A DNA stretch of 64,000 bases from Podarcis gaigeae (Eukaryota), in the NCBI GenBank assembly GCA_964106915.2, contig OZ066919.1; one strand, written 5' to 3'. The notes beneath the pieces were generated by a model. The model made no database searches and was not told the DNA's origin. It saw nothing but the letters and a program-made list of their open reading frames with translations. A program made the position numbers and the translations under genes. Shown one piece after another: positions 12,131 to 24,815 of the stretch. Every line of letters begins with the position of its first letter. Position 1 is the first letter of the stretch.

Positions 12131-14799
12131 AAAGACGAACCATGATTAATCGACTCCTTCAGACTTTCAAGCCTTATTGTGTAAGAAAGGTAGTGCATAT
12201 CCAACCTCAAGCCTTTAAGGGAAGTGAGCAGCAATGATCCTGATAAATTGTATTCTGTCCACATCACTAGGGTGCCAATAACGTTTCAAAATGCTTGGAG
12301 GATCAAGAGAAGTACTTTCATGACTCTCTATAGAAAAAAAACCTCATTGTGATTCTCTGGAGACATTCACTCTCTAATGGAGTGAGCTTGCAGGGAATTG
12401 ATTTAATTTATGCATTTAACTCTTGATCTCCTCTACTTCAGACTTTTTCTGTGCTAACTGAAACCCATTGATGCCATTAAGAAATAAGACTAAGAAGCAG
12501 TGAGTCTAAGAACATGTTTGCTGTAATTCTAAAGGCCTTGCTTGGAAGTAAATAAAACTGAAATTAATAGGACCTGATTCAGAGTAAACATGGTTAGGAT
12601 CAGGCTGTTAGCTGGAAAATAATCACCAATGAATTGGAAAAAAACCAACATGTTTTTAATGTTCTAAACAAGTTTCTAAGAGTGGTCACTTCATCCCCAC
12701 ATATGACCCATCTCTTGTGGTTCTGTGTATATATTATCTCAACAGAGAAAGCTACAGAATCATCATCATCACCATTATTATTATTATTATCTGAATTTCT
12801 ATCCCACACCTCAGCTATGTCATTATCCTATGAAACAAACAAACAAACAAACAAATATGACTTACAATGCAAAATACAGCAATAATATACTAAAAAGAAA
12901 GCAGCTTCTCACCAACCAGTCTGCAGTTCACAGATCAGTCACAGATCAAGACAAAAAAAAATTGTCCATTTTTTGTCCAGCACTGAGGAGCACCTACCTA
13001 TTGGCTCTACCTATTGGCAGGAGTGCAAGAAGAATCTCTCATGCTGATTTAATTCATGGGAACATTGGGATGGGTACAGGCCCTCCTTCAGATGAACTCA
13101 TTTTGGGGAAGGGAAATAGTTTCATTCACTTTAAGGTAGATATAAGTGGGGGGGGCCTTGCCCATCTCTACAGATAACATATAGGCCATTTACTCCTTCT
13201 ATATTACACATTATTTGTTTTTAAAAGATTCATTTTCTGCCATTCCACTCATCAGGGCAATCAGGATTTGTTTTTACATGAGCCCCACAATCCCAAATGC
13301 TCACCAGAACAGAAATGTTTTAAGTCCTATAACTGTTGAAAGTGTAGGCTTAGCTGGCCCCCCTAGGGAGGAAGGAACAACTAGACCTCAATAGTCAACA
13401 GGCTTGCCTTTGAAGGCAAAGGTATCTGGATGGCACAAGGCCTCCTTTTAGGAAGACAGCGCTGCAAAATGGTGGCACTTCACATGTGAGGAGACATTTT
13501 CTGTGGTACCAATTTTGGTTTTAAAAGCCATAAACAGCATCTCAGTGGTGTTCAGAAACTCATGGGCAGCCTGTGACACACACTGAAGAGTGGAATAATG
13601 TCCTTTCAGCCACTAAGTCCACTGAATAGCCTGATCACAATATCATGGTCCATTTTAATTGTAGAATAAGTCTTGATACAGTTTTAAAAAATCTGTTTCC
13701 CATACACACGCAAACAGCAAATGTGCACACACACACGCACAAGGAAGACACACAAAGGAGGGTGGAAGGGTATGACAGGCGCACGCGAGTAAGTTACAAA
13801 TAGTCTGCTAGCTTGAAACTTTGAAAAATGTCAGTTATCAAGGAGCATATGTTAGCACTGCCCTTGGGCAGTCACAGAACACTACATTTACAAACAGAGA
13901 AAAACCAATTTAAATCACTCAGTACATTTGCATGCATTGTCTGAAAAGAAGGGTCTTAAAATCAAGATTAATATGCACATTTTTACCTCAGAGCCTCAGT
14001 GACAGGCAGAGGGAGGGCAGACGGCACTCAATGAGCTGTGCAGAAGAGACACACAAAACAAGAAGCACTGGAGCTTCATGCCTCATGCAGGAAAGATAAG
14101 GATGTAGGATGTATTCTCCATTCTTAAATGGGAAGGAGTAAAGTTCAGTAGGAAGAAACCTAAGGGGAACAGGATATGTCTCTCCTGAACACATAGAGAT
14201 CACTTTAGTAACCCGCTGTGGGATGTACATTCCTATTAAGCTATTCTGTAGTGTACTCTAAAATTGCCTGCACCTATATTAGCCTCTCCCAAGCAGATAC
14301 CTTCCACTTGTTGCTGAGTCCTATTATGCCTGACCACAGGCCATTCTGGCTGGGGCTAATGGGAGCCCTAGTCTAAAGTATCTGGAAGTCATTGGAAAGA
14401 GGATCAGTGAACTAAATTCTTCTTTACAAAAACATGAATACAACTACAGTATTAGGCAAATAAATACATAGGTGACGATGCGGCCTTGCTCTCAGGGTCT
14501 GAGCTGGACTAACCTAATAAAATACAGAAAGTTTAATATAGCTGTCATTTTCTTCCCCCAAGAATGTCACTGGAAGATGCTATTTAGCTGCTCTGGTAAC
14601 CAGGAAAAGCAATACATGAAGAGTTGGTGCCATTGCCATTGCACTTGGCGAGTTGGAGGGTGACTCACTCATGCAGAGACCTGCTTCTACTCATTTGGGC
14701 TCCTCAAACAATGCTGAACTCAAATTTTCTAGGGTTCTACATTGTGTGGGAAGCTTCCATAAGCCCTGGAAGTTCCCTGATTCAGGCACTCATCCTCTA

Positions 14800-15003
14800 A
14801 CTTGGATGGCTTCAAAAAGAGCATCAGTCAAACTGATGGAGGATAATGCTATCCATGGCTACTAGCCATGATGAATATGTTCTACCTCTACTGTCAGAGG
14901 CAGCATGCCTCTGAATACCAGTTGCTGAGAATCACAAGTGAGCAGATCACTCTTGTGCTCAGGTACTGCTTTTGGGATTCCCAAAGGCATCTGGCTGGCC
15001 ATG
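14800..15003 (+). mobile_element. CR1 3' UTR fragment
   Basis: gatggcttcaaaaagag...atggaggataatgctatccatggctactagcc...ctgaataccagttgctg; a homologous copy lies at 41950-42122. Confidence 0.7.
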
Positions 15004-15449
15004 CCTTATTCTCACAAGGTGTGTTCCGATTCCAAGCTGGCTCTTAAGAGCTAAAAAAATGATGCTGATTTCTATGCACTTTAGACTTGTCATTTTTCTA
15101 GCAAATGTGCTGACAGTTTTCTCTGACCTCACTGCTTTCTCCATCATTCAAATCAGTTTAAAACACTCAGTGCCAAACTAGTATTGCTTCATAGGACTGT
15201 CCTCAATGTTATTATATAGACAGAGCTATTACAAATAGTCACTTCCAAAATAGTCACTTTGTAAACACTAAAAGTGTCCTAAAATAATAGAATTGCCATT
15301 GATCTTTTGGTGTCCTTAATTCAATAAAACACTCAAATGGAATAGGCTTTCCGATTAAAGAGTAATTTAAATGCAATTAATTTTATAAAGGTCATTCTTA
15401 TTTTACTATCTTGATTCTAATATAAGGAACTTTAGGGTCTCATGTCTCT

Positions 15450-16210
15450 CTGGTTTTTCATATTCTTGATTTTGCAGCTTAGAGATGACCTTTTGTCAAC
15501 ATATAATCTTGCATGTCATTGTATTATTATGTAACATAAGCCTGTAGTTTTGTTGTGACCTCACAGTTGGTTTGTTTGAGAAATATGGAAGTCCTGTGCA
15601 TATGCTTTAGCACCCTTCCCCCTTTTTTCTATCTAGAATGGCTCCCAAATTTATCTCCAATCCAAAAACATGAAGAAACCCTAAGTACTGGCTAAAGTGA
15701 AGGCGTTTTTGGAATTGGAACAGGATCCCCCCTCACACCCACAGACAAAGTCCAAAAATGCTTTGCACATATGTAATGTAACAAGTGGGAACTAATTTTA
15801 ACCACCTTCTGGCTAAAATGAGAAGCAAAATTGCCTTCTAGAGCATCCTCAGACATTTCCAGGAAACTCTAGGAGACTTTGTCAATTTTTGGATTTCCAC
15901 AGAAGGGAACATGGTGGATTGAACGACTTTTGTCGGCAGTCTGCCAACAGTAGATTGTTGGTGGAAGGACTCTGAGTGAGAGACAGAGAACTGAATATCT
16001 CCCAGGGTGAGAGACTGGGAGAAGAAAAGTAAGTTCCCAGATGAGAGCTGGGAGGGTCTGTCACTTTTTGTGTGAGACAAGGATTAAGAGCTATCTTTGA
16101 GAGAGAGGAGTCTACGTTTTCTTTTTCTCTTTCTGTTTTTATTTTGATTTAGATTAGTTTTTTATTGTATTATGAAAAGTCTTTAATAAAATCTTATGAA
16201 AAAAGAAAGA
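15450..16210 (+). mobile_element. Possible decayed L1 3' end with polyA signal and A-rich tail
   Basis: T-rich 3' UTR-like tract, AATAAA at about 16185 and an A-rich tail; weak Trp-spaced ORF2-like remnants upstream. Confidence 0.35.
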
Positions 16211-18934
16211 GACTGTGTCCATTTTTATGAGTTTTGGTCTTTGCAGTGAAATCTGTATGTATTTCACCTAAGCACCATTATGGCATAGAAATCAAAATTG
16301 TTGGGCTAAGATCTGGAGCTTGTGAGATATCTTAGTGTACACCAAGATGTTGCCTTACATATCCCAATTGTACCTGGCACAGTCAGGAAAAATGCCACCT
16401 GTTCACTATGCCAGAACTTTAAAGCATGCAAGGCACCTTTACTTTGTCTGGGACTAAACAGGGGATGTGCAAGGAAGCTTCAATCCATCATTTCTGTAGA
16501 GAAGAACTGATGCATCCCACCAAAACATTACAGAGTGGAAACACTGATTATCCCTAATGTTTTTGGCTTTCAGAAAATCTGTTAATACAGCCAGAAGCTG
16601 CTGTGACATGTAGACACAGTCATTGTATTTTGTGAACTCAGATGGTGAGTCAGAGGCAGAGTGTGTGAAAGGCAAAGAGTATCTTTCGAATATCTTATAT
16701 TTGTAAAATGGCGATATGGTCATATCACAGGGCAAAGAAATTGAGATCCCTGCCCTTTTCTACAGAGTGAACTTTCGAACTTCTGAAATCTACCCATTAA
16801 TCCAAAAAAGAAGCAGCAATAATATTTTGGGTAGACATGGCTCTTAAGACACCAAACCTTTGTGGCACAGACCTTAAATGAAAGTACACACTCTGTAGAC
16901 GTTAAGAAAAATAGGACACTGGGCAAAATATATCCCAGCAGTCCAGGAAAGGCCAAATGTTCCTTTGGAGGTTATAACAATTTCAGTGTATTTGTGCTGA
17001 TAGTAGTCTTGAGTCATCTTGACAAAAGTACAGACTTTGGTTGAAATGTCAGGTCTCCCAGAGCCAAAGGTTAAGCTTTCAGAATGAGATAATCTTTGCT
17101 CTGCAATGTGTACAGAACCATTTGCACTTGGCACTTCCTTTATCATCCTATTCATTTAGTGTTTCTGGCAGGCAGGGCTCTGCTGGGAAACCTGTGGATT
17201 GAACCTCTCCAGTTCCTCCTCCCCTGGTTCACAGCTGGGAACAAATCAACGGATGATGATTACATTGTCAATGTACATGGTGTCATGCAGAGTAACATGA
17301 ACAAAACAGACAGGTCTCTGCCTTGAGGAGCATTCAATTTCAACTCTTCAGTTGGGAAAATGGCAAAGGAGAAGTGAGTGAGGAAAGCTATAATAAAGAA
17401 GCAGATTTCCAGAATATAAGAATCATCTTAAGCATGTACTCTTCCCTCTTCCGTGAGAGACTTTTGAATTCCTCTGTTGAATTTCCTCATGATTTTAGGG
17501 CTGTGTATCATAATTACTGTAATCCGGGCTGAATAATCTTTCTGCTTGCCCTCCTTCTCAGACCCACCCATCACCCATTTACCTCCTCCTCTACCCTGCC
17601 TAGATCATGGTTCTGCCAGAAAAAGTGGCAAGTAGATTCCTTCCATTCTTGACATATAGCTCACTGCTATGGAAGCAACTCAGGTGCCAAGGACCTTGGA
17701 AAGCGTAGGTTTCCTAGGGAATTTGACACTGAATAGGTGTACAATGGAGATTATATCTCACACGGTTGCTGAAAAGTCAGTTGCTTCTATAGCAGCAAGT
17801 GTGGGTAGGAAAAGATGGAGGTCACGTTAGATTAGACAAGACCCTGGAGGCACTTGGAGGGTGAAGAGCAGTTCCCAACCTACCCTTACTGCAGGCTGAG
17901 TTACAGGAATTTTGAAAGGGAGCTGCCCATGGGTGGACCTACCCCACTGAATGCTAGCCAGAGGGGATGAAGTGGAGTATGGGGCTCAGTTGGCACTGAA
18001 TCCAATCATCACCTCAGCTCCAGAACTGAGAAGACTTCTTCACGTGTAACACTGAACACAACTCTGCACTTGTACAAATGTTTGTGTGAAAAAATGTACA
18101 CTTGTTATCTGGTACAGCTCAACTATTGCATACACAAACTTTACACACATTGAACATTGTATGTGATGAACTGTACATGTGTGTACTTCAACTGCCTGTG
18201 TACATAGGTACACAGACACACACTCATTGCAAACAACATGTGAATACCCCTAGGGTGGTTGTCTATTGAGTGGATGCCCGGAAGGATCTGTGAATTGGGG
18301 CAGAGTTCTTGTTTCCTATGAATACCAGAAACTCTCTCTAATTGTGTCTGTGCAGCATTTAAGCAGTACACTGTACAGTTGAATACTTTGTTTAAATGGT
18401 TTGTGTCCCCATTGGATAATCTCTTATGTGAGCTCCTTTATATCAATAACAGTAAGAAATTATTGATTTTTTTCTAAAGCCATTAAGTTCAATTAGCTTT
18501 ACAATTCAAATGGGAAAAGATGGCAAATTACCTTCACTGGATGGTTTAAAAAGTACAGAAAATGAAAAACAACCCTAATTTGTGAAGGATGAGATTAAAG
18601 TGGTAAAGGTAAAACAAATAAATGCATATTAACATAATGGTTCTAATCAGCATCATCTGGCATTTAAAACTACCATCATTATGCTTACTGGACTGTGGAG
18701 CAATAAGGAATTCTGAAGCTGTTTACCCATTTAATGCTAAGAGTATATTAAAGTAGGATAAATAATAAGCAATGGGAATAAACAGGAGGAAGAGAGAGAA
18801 ACTATGCTGCCGAGGCATGAAGTACCGTATATTGTAGGTTTAGATAAAATGAAGTATTTGACAGAGAGACCTAGTGTGGTGGTATTAAATCCCACCACCA
18901 CCCACACTTAATACATTCTCCCCGCCCCCTCTCA

Positions 18935-18937
18935 CGT

Positions 18938-18985
<48 letters not shown>
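18935..18985. repeat. (GT)n microsatellite
   Basis: Direct tandem repeat. Confidence 0.95.
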
Positions 18986-18987
<2 letters not shown>

Positions 18988-19230
18988 CAAATCTTTAACT
19001 AAATATAATTTATTTATTAGCTGGCAAATCAATACCCATCTTTCCCCCAAGGGTACTGTACATATTTTCCTCATTGCTTTATTCACAACAATCCTGTGAA
19101 AGTAGATTAGGCTAAGAGATTGGGGGGGGGGGTAGGCTGAAGTCACCCAGCAAGTTTCAGAAATAGTTATAGTTAACATGCAAGGCTGATCCAAGCATTT
19201 TTATACAGAGCACAGCCTCTCTTCTGAAGT

Positions 19231-19923
19231 TGTGGGGACTTAACTCAATTGTCAATACAATTGCAGGACTAGAAAGTTTGGTAAGTACGCAGTCAAGGAT
19301 AGTTCAACAAGGGATGTGTGAAAAGAGGGCATTTATACAACTGTTCCTCAGGCAGGGGGACCCACAACATGCCTTGTTCCAGGGTCTTTCATTCTATACA
19401 AGAAACAGGAATTTGATACATATATAGCTCAAAGCATTGCTAATTGTTCGGAAAGCCTAGAAGGTTCAGCATTTGTTCATGTTTCGTGAAACATACGCCA
19501 GTGTAATCGAGGTACATTTCGTGCATAACTTCCCAGGGGTCTTTGATATTTATGTACCAAACTTCAACATATGAGAAAAAGTCAGGAAATGGGACATACC
19601 TTTGACTGTCAGAAAACCCAATGCCTGTAATTTCTATTTCTCCCCTATGGGGTAAGAAGCAATTGTATGGATTGTCTGCGTTGGGGTTGCAATGTGAGGG
19701 AGGTGCAAGAGTTAAATCCCTCCCCTAGTGCTGCAGCTGAACAGAAATGCATTTCATTGTGTCTGTTTCAATGAATGAAAAAGAAGTTTGAAGAGCCAGC
19801 CATGGATTTCCTGTATTGTGATGTGTTTGGGCTTGGCTTTCAAAACTAGGCCTTAGATGAAATGTCTTGCAAAGGATTTCCCTTGCCTTTTTATGAAGCA
19901 ATCTTTTTAGCTAATGTTCAACA
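19231..19923 (-). mobile_element. Possible solo LTR
   Basis: TGT...ACA termini; on the minus strand a TATA-like tatatatgta followed by a tataaa and a pyrimidine-rich U5-like end. No TSD was found. Confidence 0.3.
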
Positions 19924-20272
19924 CCATATAAAATCTTAAATTAGAGAGAAGAAAAACAGCGTTCTGTAAATAACAGCAAATACGTTGTACAAACCGCAGT
20001 CCCCTTCTCAATTAGATTTGTCACTGTGTTCACAAATCTGCATTTTTAAAAGATTACTGGAAATCATGCGGAGTTCTTAACATTTATTTTCAATTACTAT
20101 TCCCATGGGAAAATAAAGCTACAGCTTTTAATTCATCTTCCAATAACATACAAAAAAAGAGCAAGAGCAAGAGAGCAGAATTTATGCTTTTTTATTTCCC
20201 CCCAACAGATTTGGAAAAACCTCTGCAATGAAATCTCCCTCTCAAAGTTAGATTTCATCACAAGCCACTTAC

Positions 20273-20392
20273 CTTCATACAAGTTTCACAGGCAGCACTC
20301 ATTGCCTGGCTAATTGGGCTTATCTGTCTTATATTAAGACATTCAAAAAGAAATGGCATATGCCACACCTTGGAAGGTCCTTCATGATGCCC
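20273..20392 (-). CDS. Putative internal coding exon (phase 0-0, 120 nt): GHHEGPSKVWHMPFLFECLNIRQISPISQAMSAACETCMK
   Basis: Acceptor cgtttag|GGG; strong donor AAG|gtaagt. Only frame 0 is open (40 codons), and it is in phase with the 145-222 exon. Confidence 0.65.
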
Positions 20393-21087
20393 CTAAACGT
20401 GATATATATTGCCATAAACTGTTCGGTTTTTGTGCAGGATTGTGAGAAGTGAATTCCTTGCTTTCAAGAAAGTGCATCTATTCGGAAGGCCTTGCTATCC
20501 TGTCATTTCAGTTCCCAATTGAATTCATGCTATTGATTTCCTCTGAGGCAGTGATCAGACACAATGAGTGAACAAAGCAACCATCCAGCCAGACCCAAAC
20601 CTACAATCAAGTAGAATTGGAACTCCTGTGTTAATTTAATTTCTAGTGATCCAGCGGCTAGGTTGGTTTCTATTAGAAGTGAATCTATCTTCTCTAATCC
20701 ATTGTGCACGAATCACAGATATGAATGTTTCATGTATGAGGGAACCCCAGTCACTGAAGCTTTCACCCCAGATGCTTCAGCAATGGGATATCAGCTTTCA
20801 TCAGGGGTTCCCTGGCAACACATACATGCCTAAAAGGAGCTGGAAAGTATCATTTCCCCTATAAAATGGGAGCTCCACCGAATGGGTAGATGTTTTTCTT
20901 GGAGAGCCAAACAAGCTACAAGGCAGGAGAAAGGTTGCACTAGTTTATGGCACAGAAACAAGTCCTTGGTATTTTATTTTTTTAAAAGCTCTAAAAAAGC
21001 AGCCTTGAAAATTATGGGTGATATTTGGGAATACAAAATTTCTAGAAATTGGTTTAACTATGATTTGTGTGACAAAATTGTGTGTAC

Positions 21088-21249
21088 CTATGGCAGCCAT
21101 GGAATGACTGGGGAGTTGGCCTATTTCTGTACAGATCCATGATCAAATTTGTACCAAGCTTCTGCCAAAATTGTAGTGTCTCCTTCTGAACAATGCGTAA
21201 TCCAGAACTTGGGAAGACTAAAGTCCTCTTCAGATGTTCCTTTCTCCAC
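21088..21249 (-). CDS. Weak exon candidate (phase 2-2, 162 nt; WRKEHLKRTLVFPSSGLRIVQKETLQFWQKL...)
   Basis: Acceptor tgttaatcag|G; donors TG|gtacaa (21154) or AG|gtacac (21087). The frame is open but the phase does not match the 20392 exon. Confidence 0.25.
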
Positions 21250-21629
21250 CTGATTAACATAGAATTGATGGGACTTTCCACAATGGAGTGTCTGTTCTAC
21301 TTGTGCTGCAGTCAGCCTCCCCCAACCTGATGCTAGCTGGGACTCATGGGAGCTGTAATCCAAAACATCTAGAGGGCACCAGATATGGAGCGGGGGCTGC
21401 TCTAACTCATGGAGGGTAATGGGGATAGTTATTCCCACTTCCTCATCTAGGAGTTAATCACATAGAGACAACCAAGGAAGACTTAATAATTCTGAGGCCA
21501 TAGCAAATAAGATTCTAATTATATAACACAGAGATGAAAGCACTCTTGCAGACCACTCCTAAAGGTATTTGCTGAAAGTAAAATGAGCTGAGTTTAATGA
21601 GGCTTACTCCTAAGTAAAAGTACATAGGA

Positions 21630-21753
21630 CTGAGATATATAATTTGGCATTTATTTTTTGCTTTTTTGATTGTATTGTAATTTGGAATGTTTTGACGTTT
21701 TTATTGGATTATTAAAATGGAAAACTCAATAACTATTTTTTTTTTAAAAAAAG
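21630..21753 (+). mobile_element. Heavily 5'-truncated retroposed LINE tail inserted into a short hairpin repeat
   Basis: 11-bp TSD agtacatagga (21619-21629 and 21754-21764), T-rich body and A-rich end. Confidence 0.65.
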
Positions 21754-24569
21754 AGTACATAGGATGGCAGCCTTTGTCAGGCTGACACATAATGGTTGTT
21801 ATTTCACACAGTCCCGTGTATTCTGTTTTGGTGGGGCTGGGAGGAGAAAGTAGTGATTACCAGACAGTAAGGCAAAATCAGGACCCTTGTCAGCTCCCAT
21901 TGGGCCCTGTAGGCTGATATAAAGGCTTTGTCTCAGCAGATGGCTAGAGTTATCTGAAGGCTTCCAGGAGACTGGAATGAGTTTCCCCTCCATTGGTTCT
22001 ACCCCCTTGGGAAAGCTGTATGCAATTTAAAGGATCTGTGGTGCATACTCCTATGTGCAGTGGATCAGGATTAGCTGCAGGGGAGTCAGACTCTGAGGAA
22101 GCCAGGAGAGCTACATGCTTAGGCCATTCAGTATTGAAGGGAGTGTTGAGGGTGCCTCCTCAAGTTGGGAAACTGGTGCATCATCATCTCAGTCCAAGTC
22201 CTCCTCAGACCTGCTCTAGGAATCTGATATAGAGGACACGAAAGTGGCTGTTCTATATGCGATGGCCAGTTAACCATGTGGTTCACTGAATGGCTTGCTT
22301 CCGCCCCATAATATGTGCCATGTGGAGTACTTTCAATTTAGAGTTGCCCTGTTGTGGCAGCCATAAATTTGTAGATAGGCATTTTGGCTATGCTCTTTCT
22401 TGATGGTTCATTCTGGCAAGTAAAACAAAACAAAAACTCCCAAGTATGAATTTGATACAAGGCAAATTTCCTCACCACAGTTCCATCCAATGCAAAGGAA
22501 ACTAGCTACAGAGTGTGGGGAAAATTGTCTTTCCTTTACAAATGCTTTTCCAGTTAGCTGTTCCTCCAAGGAGCTCATTATCACCTCCTTTCCTCCTCAC
22601 ACCAAATGTATGTGGTAGATTAGGCTATCAAATAGTGACTGGTCCAATATTGCCTGGTAAGTTTCATGGCTAAGTAGGGATTCAAACCCACGTCTTCCTA
22701 GTTTAAGTACTGCATTGTGCTGTACGTGTTGCACAGTCTCAGAGTGCTGCACAAGTTCGCATAACTCATTATCTACAGAGGTTTGGTTACGCCCTCTCTT
22801 TTATGCTTCAGGTGAGCAGACAGAAGACCTTTTTATTTCACCAAGGTTTTTCTGCAGGTCAGGGTTTTGTCTACCTATTTTTACACCAAATTGATTTATC
22901 CTGCTCTTTGGCTTTAATGTATGAAATTGATTCTAGTAATTCAGACTATTTTTATTGAAGCCTGGGCTGTTTTTATTGTGGTTGTTTGGCTTATGCATAG
23001 AGGGGGGAGAGACTTCCATTTTATAAAGAATTGTGGGGTGTACTTTTATATATATAGAAGCACATGCCCCCTCCCATAAATGGGACTCCTCTTTTTAATG
23101 TGTATACTATAAATACATGTTAAACTAGGACACTCTTGTATCTGGGCTTTTTGTCACTGTTGTTTGTTTCATCATTTTATTTCACTTCCCTATGTTGGTC
23201 ACATTGATTTTTTCCCCTTCCTTTCTTCCTTAGCCGAAATCATTCATAATGGGTGGGTAACAAGCATCCATCCCAGATTTCAAACCCACAATGAGATATC
23301 ATCTAGAGGTTCAGTATGGATTTAATTTCCAAGAAACATAGCCAATTTTAATGGGGTAAACTGTTGCTTCCATAGGTGTCAGAGGAGCACTTCCAATCTA
23401 ATACTTTGAGAGAAATTGTGTGTAAGAATTGATTTCCAGATGTTAAGTTGCTCTCAGTGCCAATGCAAAATCTATTTCTGAAGGCAGCAAGTGTGAAATT
23501 CAAATGTGCAGTGGAAAATACCTGAGTTAGAGGTTATCCCCCTCCCTTTCCAGATTCAGCTTCTCTAACTTTTGCACATTTTTTCAAACATTAAATCCAT
23601 GGATATGATTGATTCATTCCAGTATATATTTATTACACTTTCAGGTATGTGTTTTGTAGTAGTAGTAGTTTTTAAAAAAGAAAAATACCCCCCCCCCATC
23701 CTTTCATTGCAGACTTTGCCAGCAATGGATGACATTCTTATTAGTACACATCTTGGACACTAGTCAAAACCAAAGAAGGCTACACACACACTTACACTTT
23801 TGCAGGATCATAAATCCCCTGAAAAAGGGAGGTAGTATTCAACAACTTTCAAGAGAAGGGTGAATTTAAATAAATATTAGGCATTATGTTTAAATTGCTC
23901 ACTTGTTCATTTGTTACAGTTAGATACTACTCATCCAACCAGGTTCTCTAGACAGGTCACACAGCCAATGAAATACAAAATGCAATTCACAATAAAATCC
24001 CTTCACAATACCCACCCCCCTTGCAAAGTCACAAAGCAGAAAACAATGTGATTGGGTTTTTCTCTCTCATTATCATTTAACAAAAGGAACAGGAGTAGCC
24101 ATCTTTACACACACAGTCCCCCAACATGTTTCTGGGAATGGCACTACATCATGAGGTAGGGCATTCTACTCAGGGAACAAGGTGATGCTGCTGAGAGCTG
24201 GCATGCTAACCCTCTAAAGGTAGCAGCAAGATTGTTATAAATGTTTTGTTCAAAGAAAAGGGGAGTGGAACCTTGGCCACCTTGTATTTAAGACAATACA
24301 AAAATTTTGTGACCAACAGAATTGATCCAAGGAATGGAGAACACCTCCTATCACCAAAAATATTGCCCTAGAACCACCCAATTTGAGTCATCACTGAATA
24401 CCATTCACAATTGTCTAGCAAGTTCAAGGACTAGAAACATGGGATTGATAAAGTAAATGGAACCTAGAATTCCAATGCCCTGGTCAAACAATTGCATGTG
24501 TGGGTCGGTTCAGAAGAACAGGCCAGCTCACCTCCCATAGGCAATACCCAGGATTCTTAACATTGATTG

Positions 24570-24762
24570 GGAAGGGCTGTAGCTCAGTAGGGCATCTGCT
24601 TTGTATGCAGAAGGTTCCCGGTTAAATCCTTGGCATCTCTAAGTAGGCCTGGGAATGGTCTTCTATCAGAAACCCTAAGGAACAACAGTTAGTCAGAGCA
24701 AACAATAATATGTAGCTAGATGGACCAATGGTTTGACTCAGTAAAGGGCAGCTATATGTGTC
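24570..24762 (+). mobile_element. tRNA-derived squamate SINE (Squam3-like)
   Basis: Head tgtagctcagt...tgcagaaggttcccggttaaatcc; tail agctagatggaccaatggtttgactcagt. A decayed copy lies at about 31620-31765. Confidence 0.7.
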
Positions 24763-24767
24763 TGGGA

Positions 24768-24814
<47 letters not shown>

Positions 24815-24815
24815 C
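24768..24815. repeat. (GT)n(GA)n compound microsatellite
   Basis: Direct tandem repeat. Confidence 0.95.

Noticed and set aside
16574-16644. Plus-strand segment with a good acceptor and gtgagt donor
   Set aside because: All three frames contain stops and no partner plus-strand exons were found; unsupported as coding.
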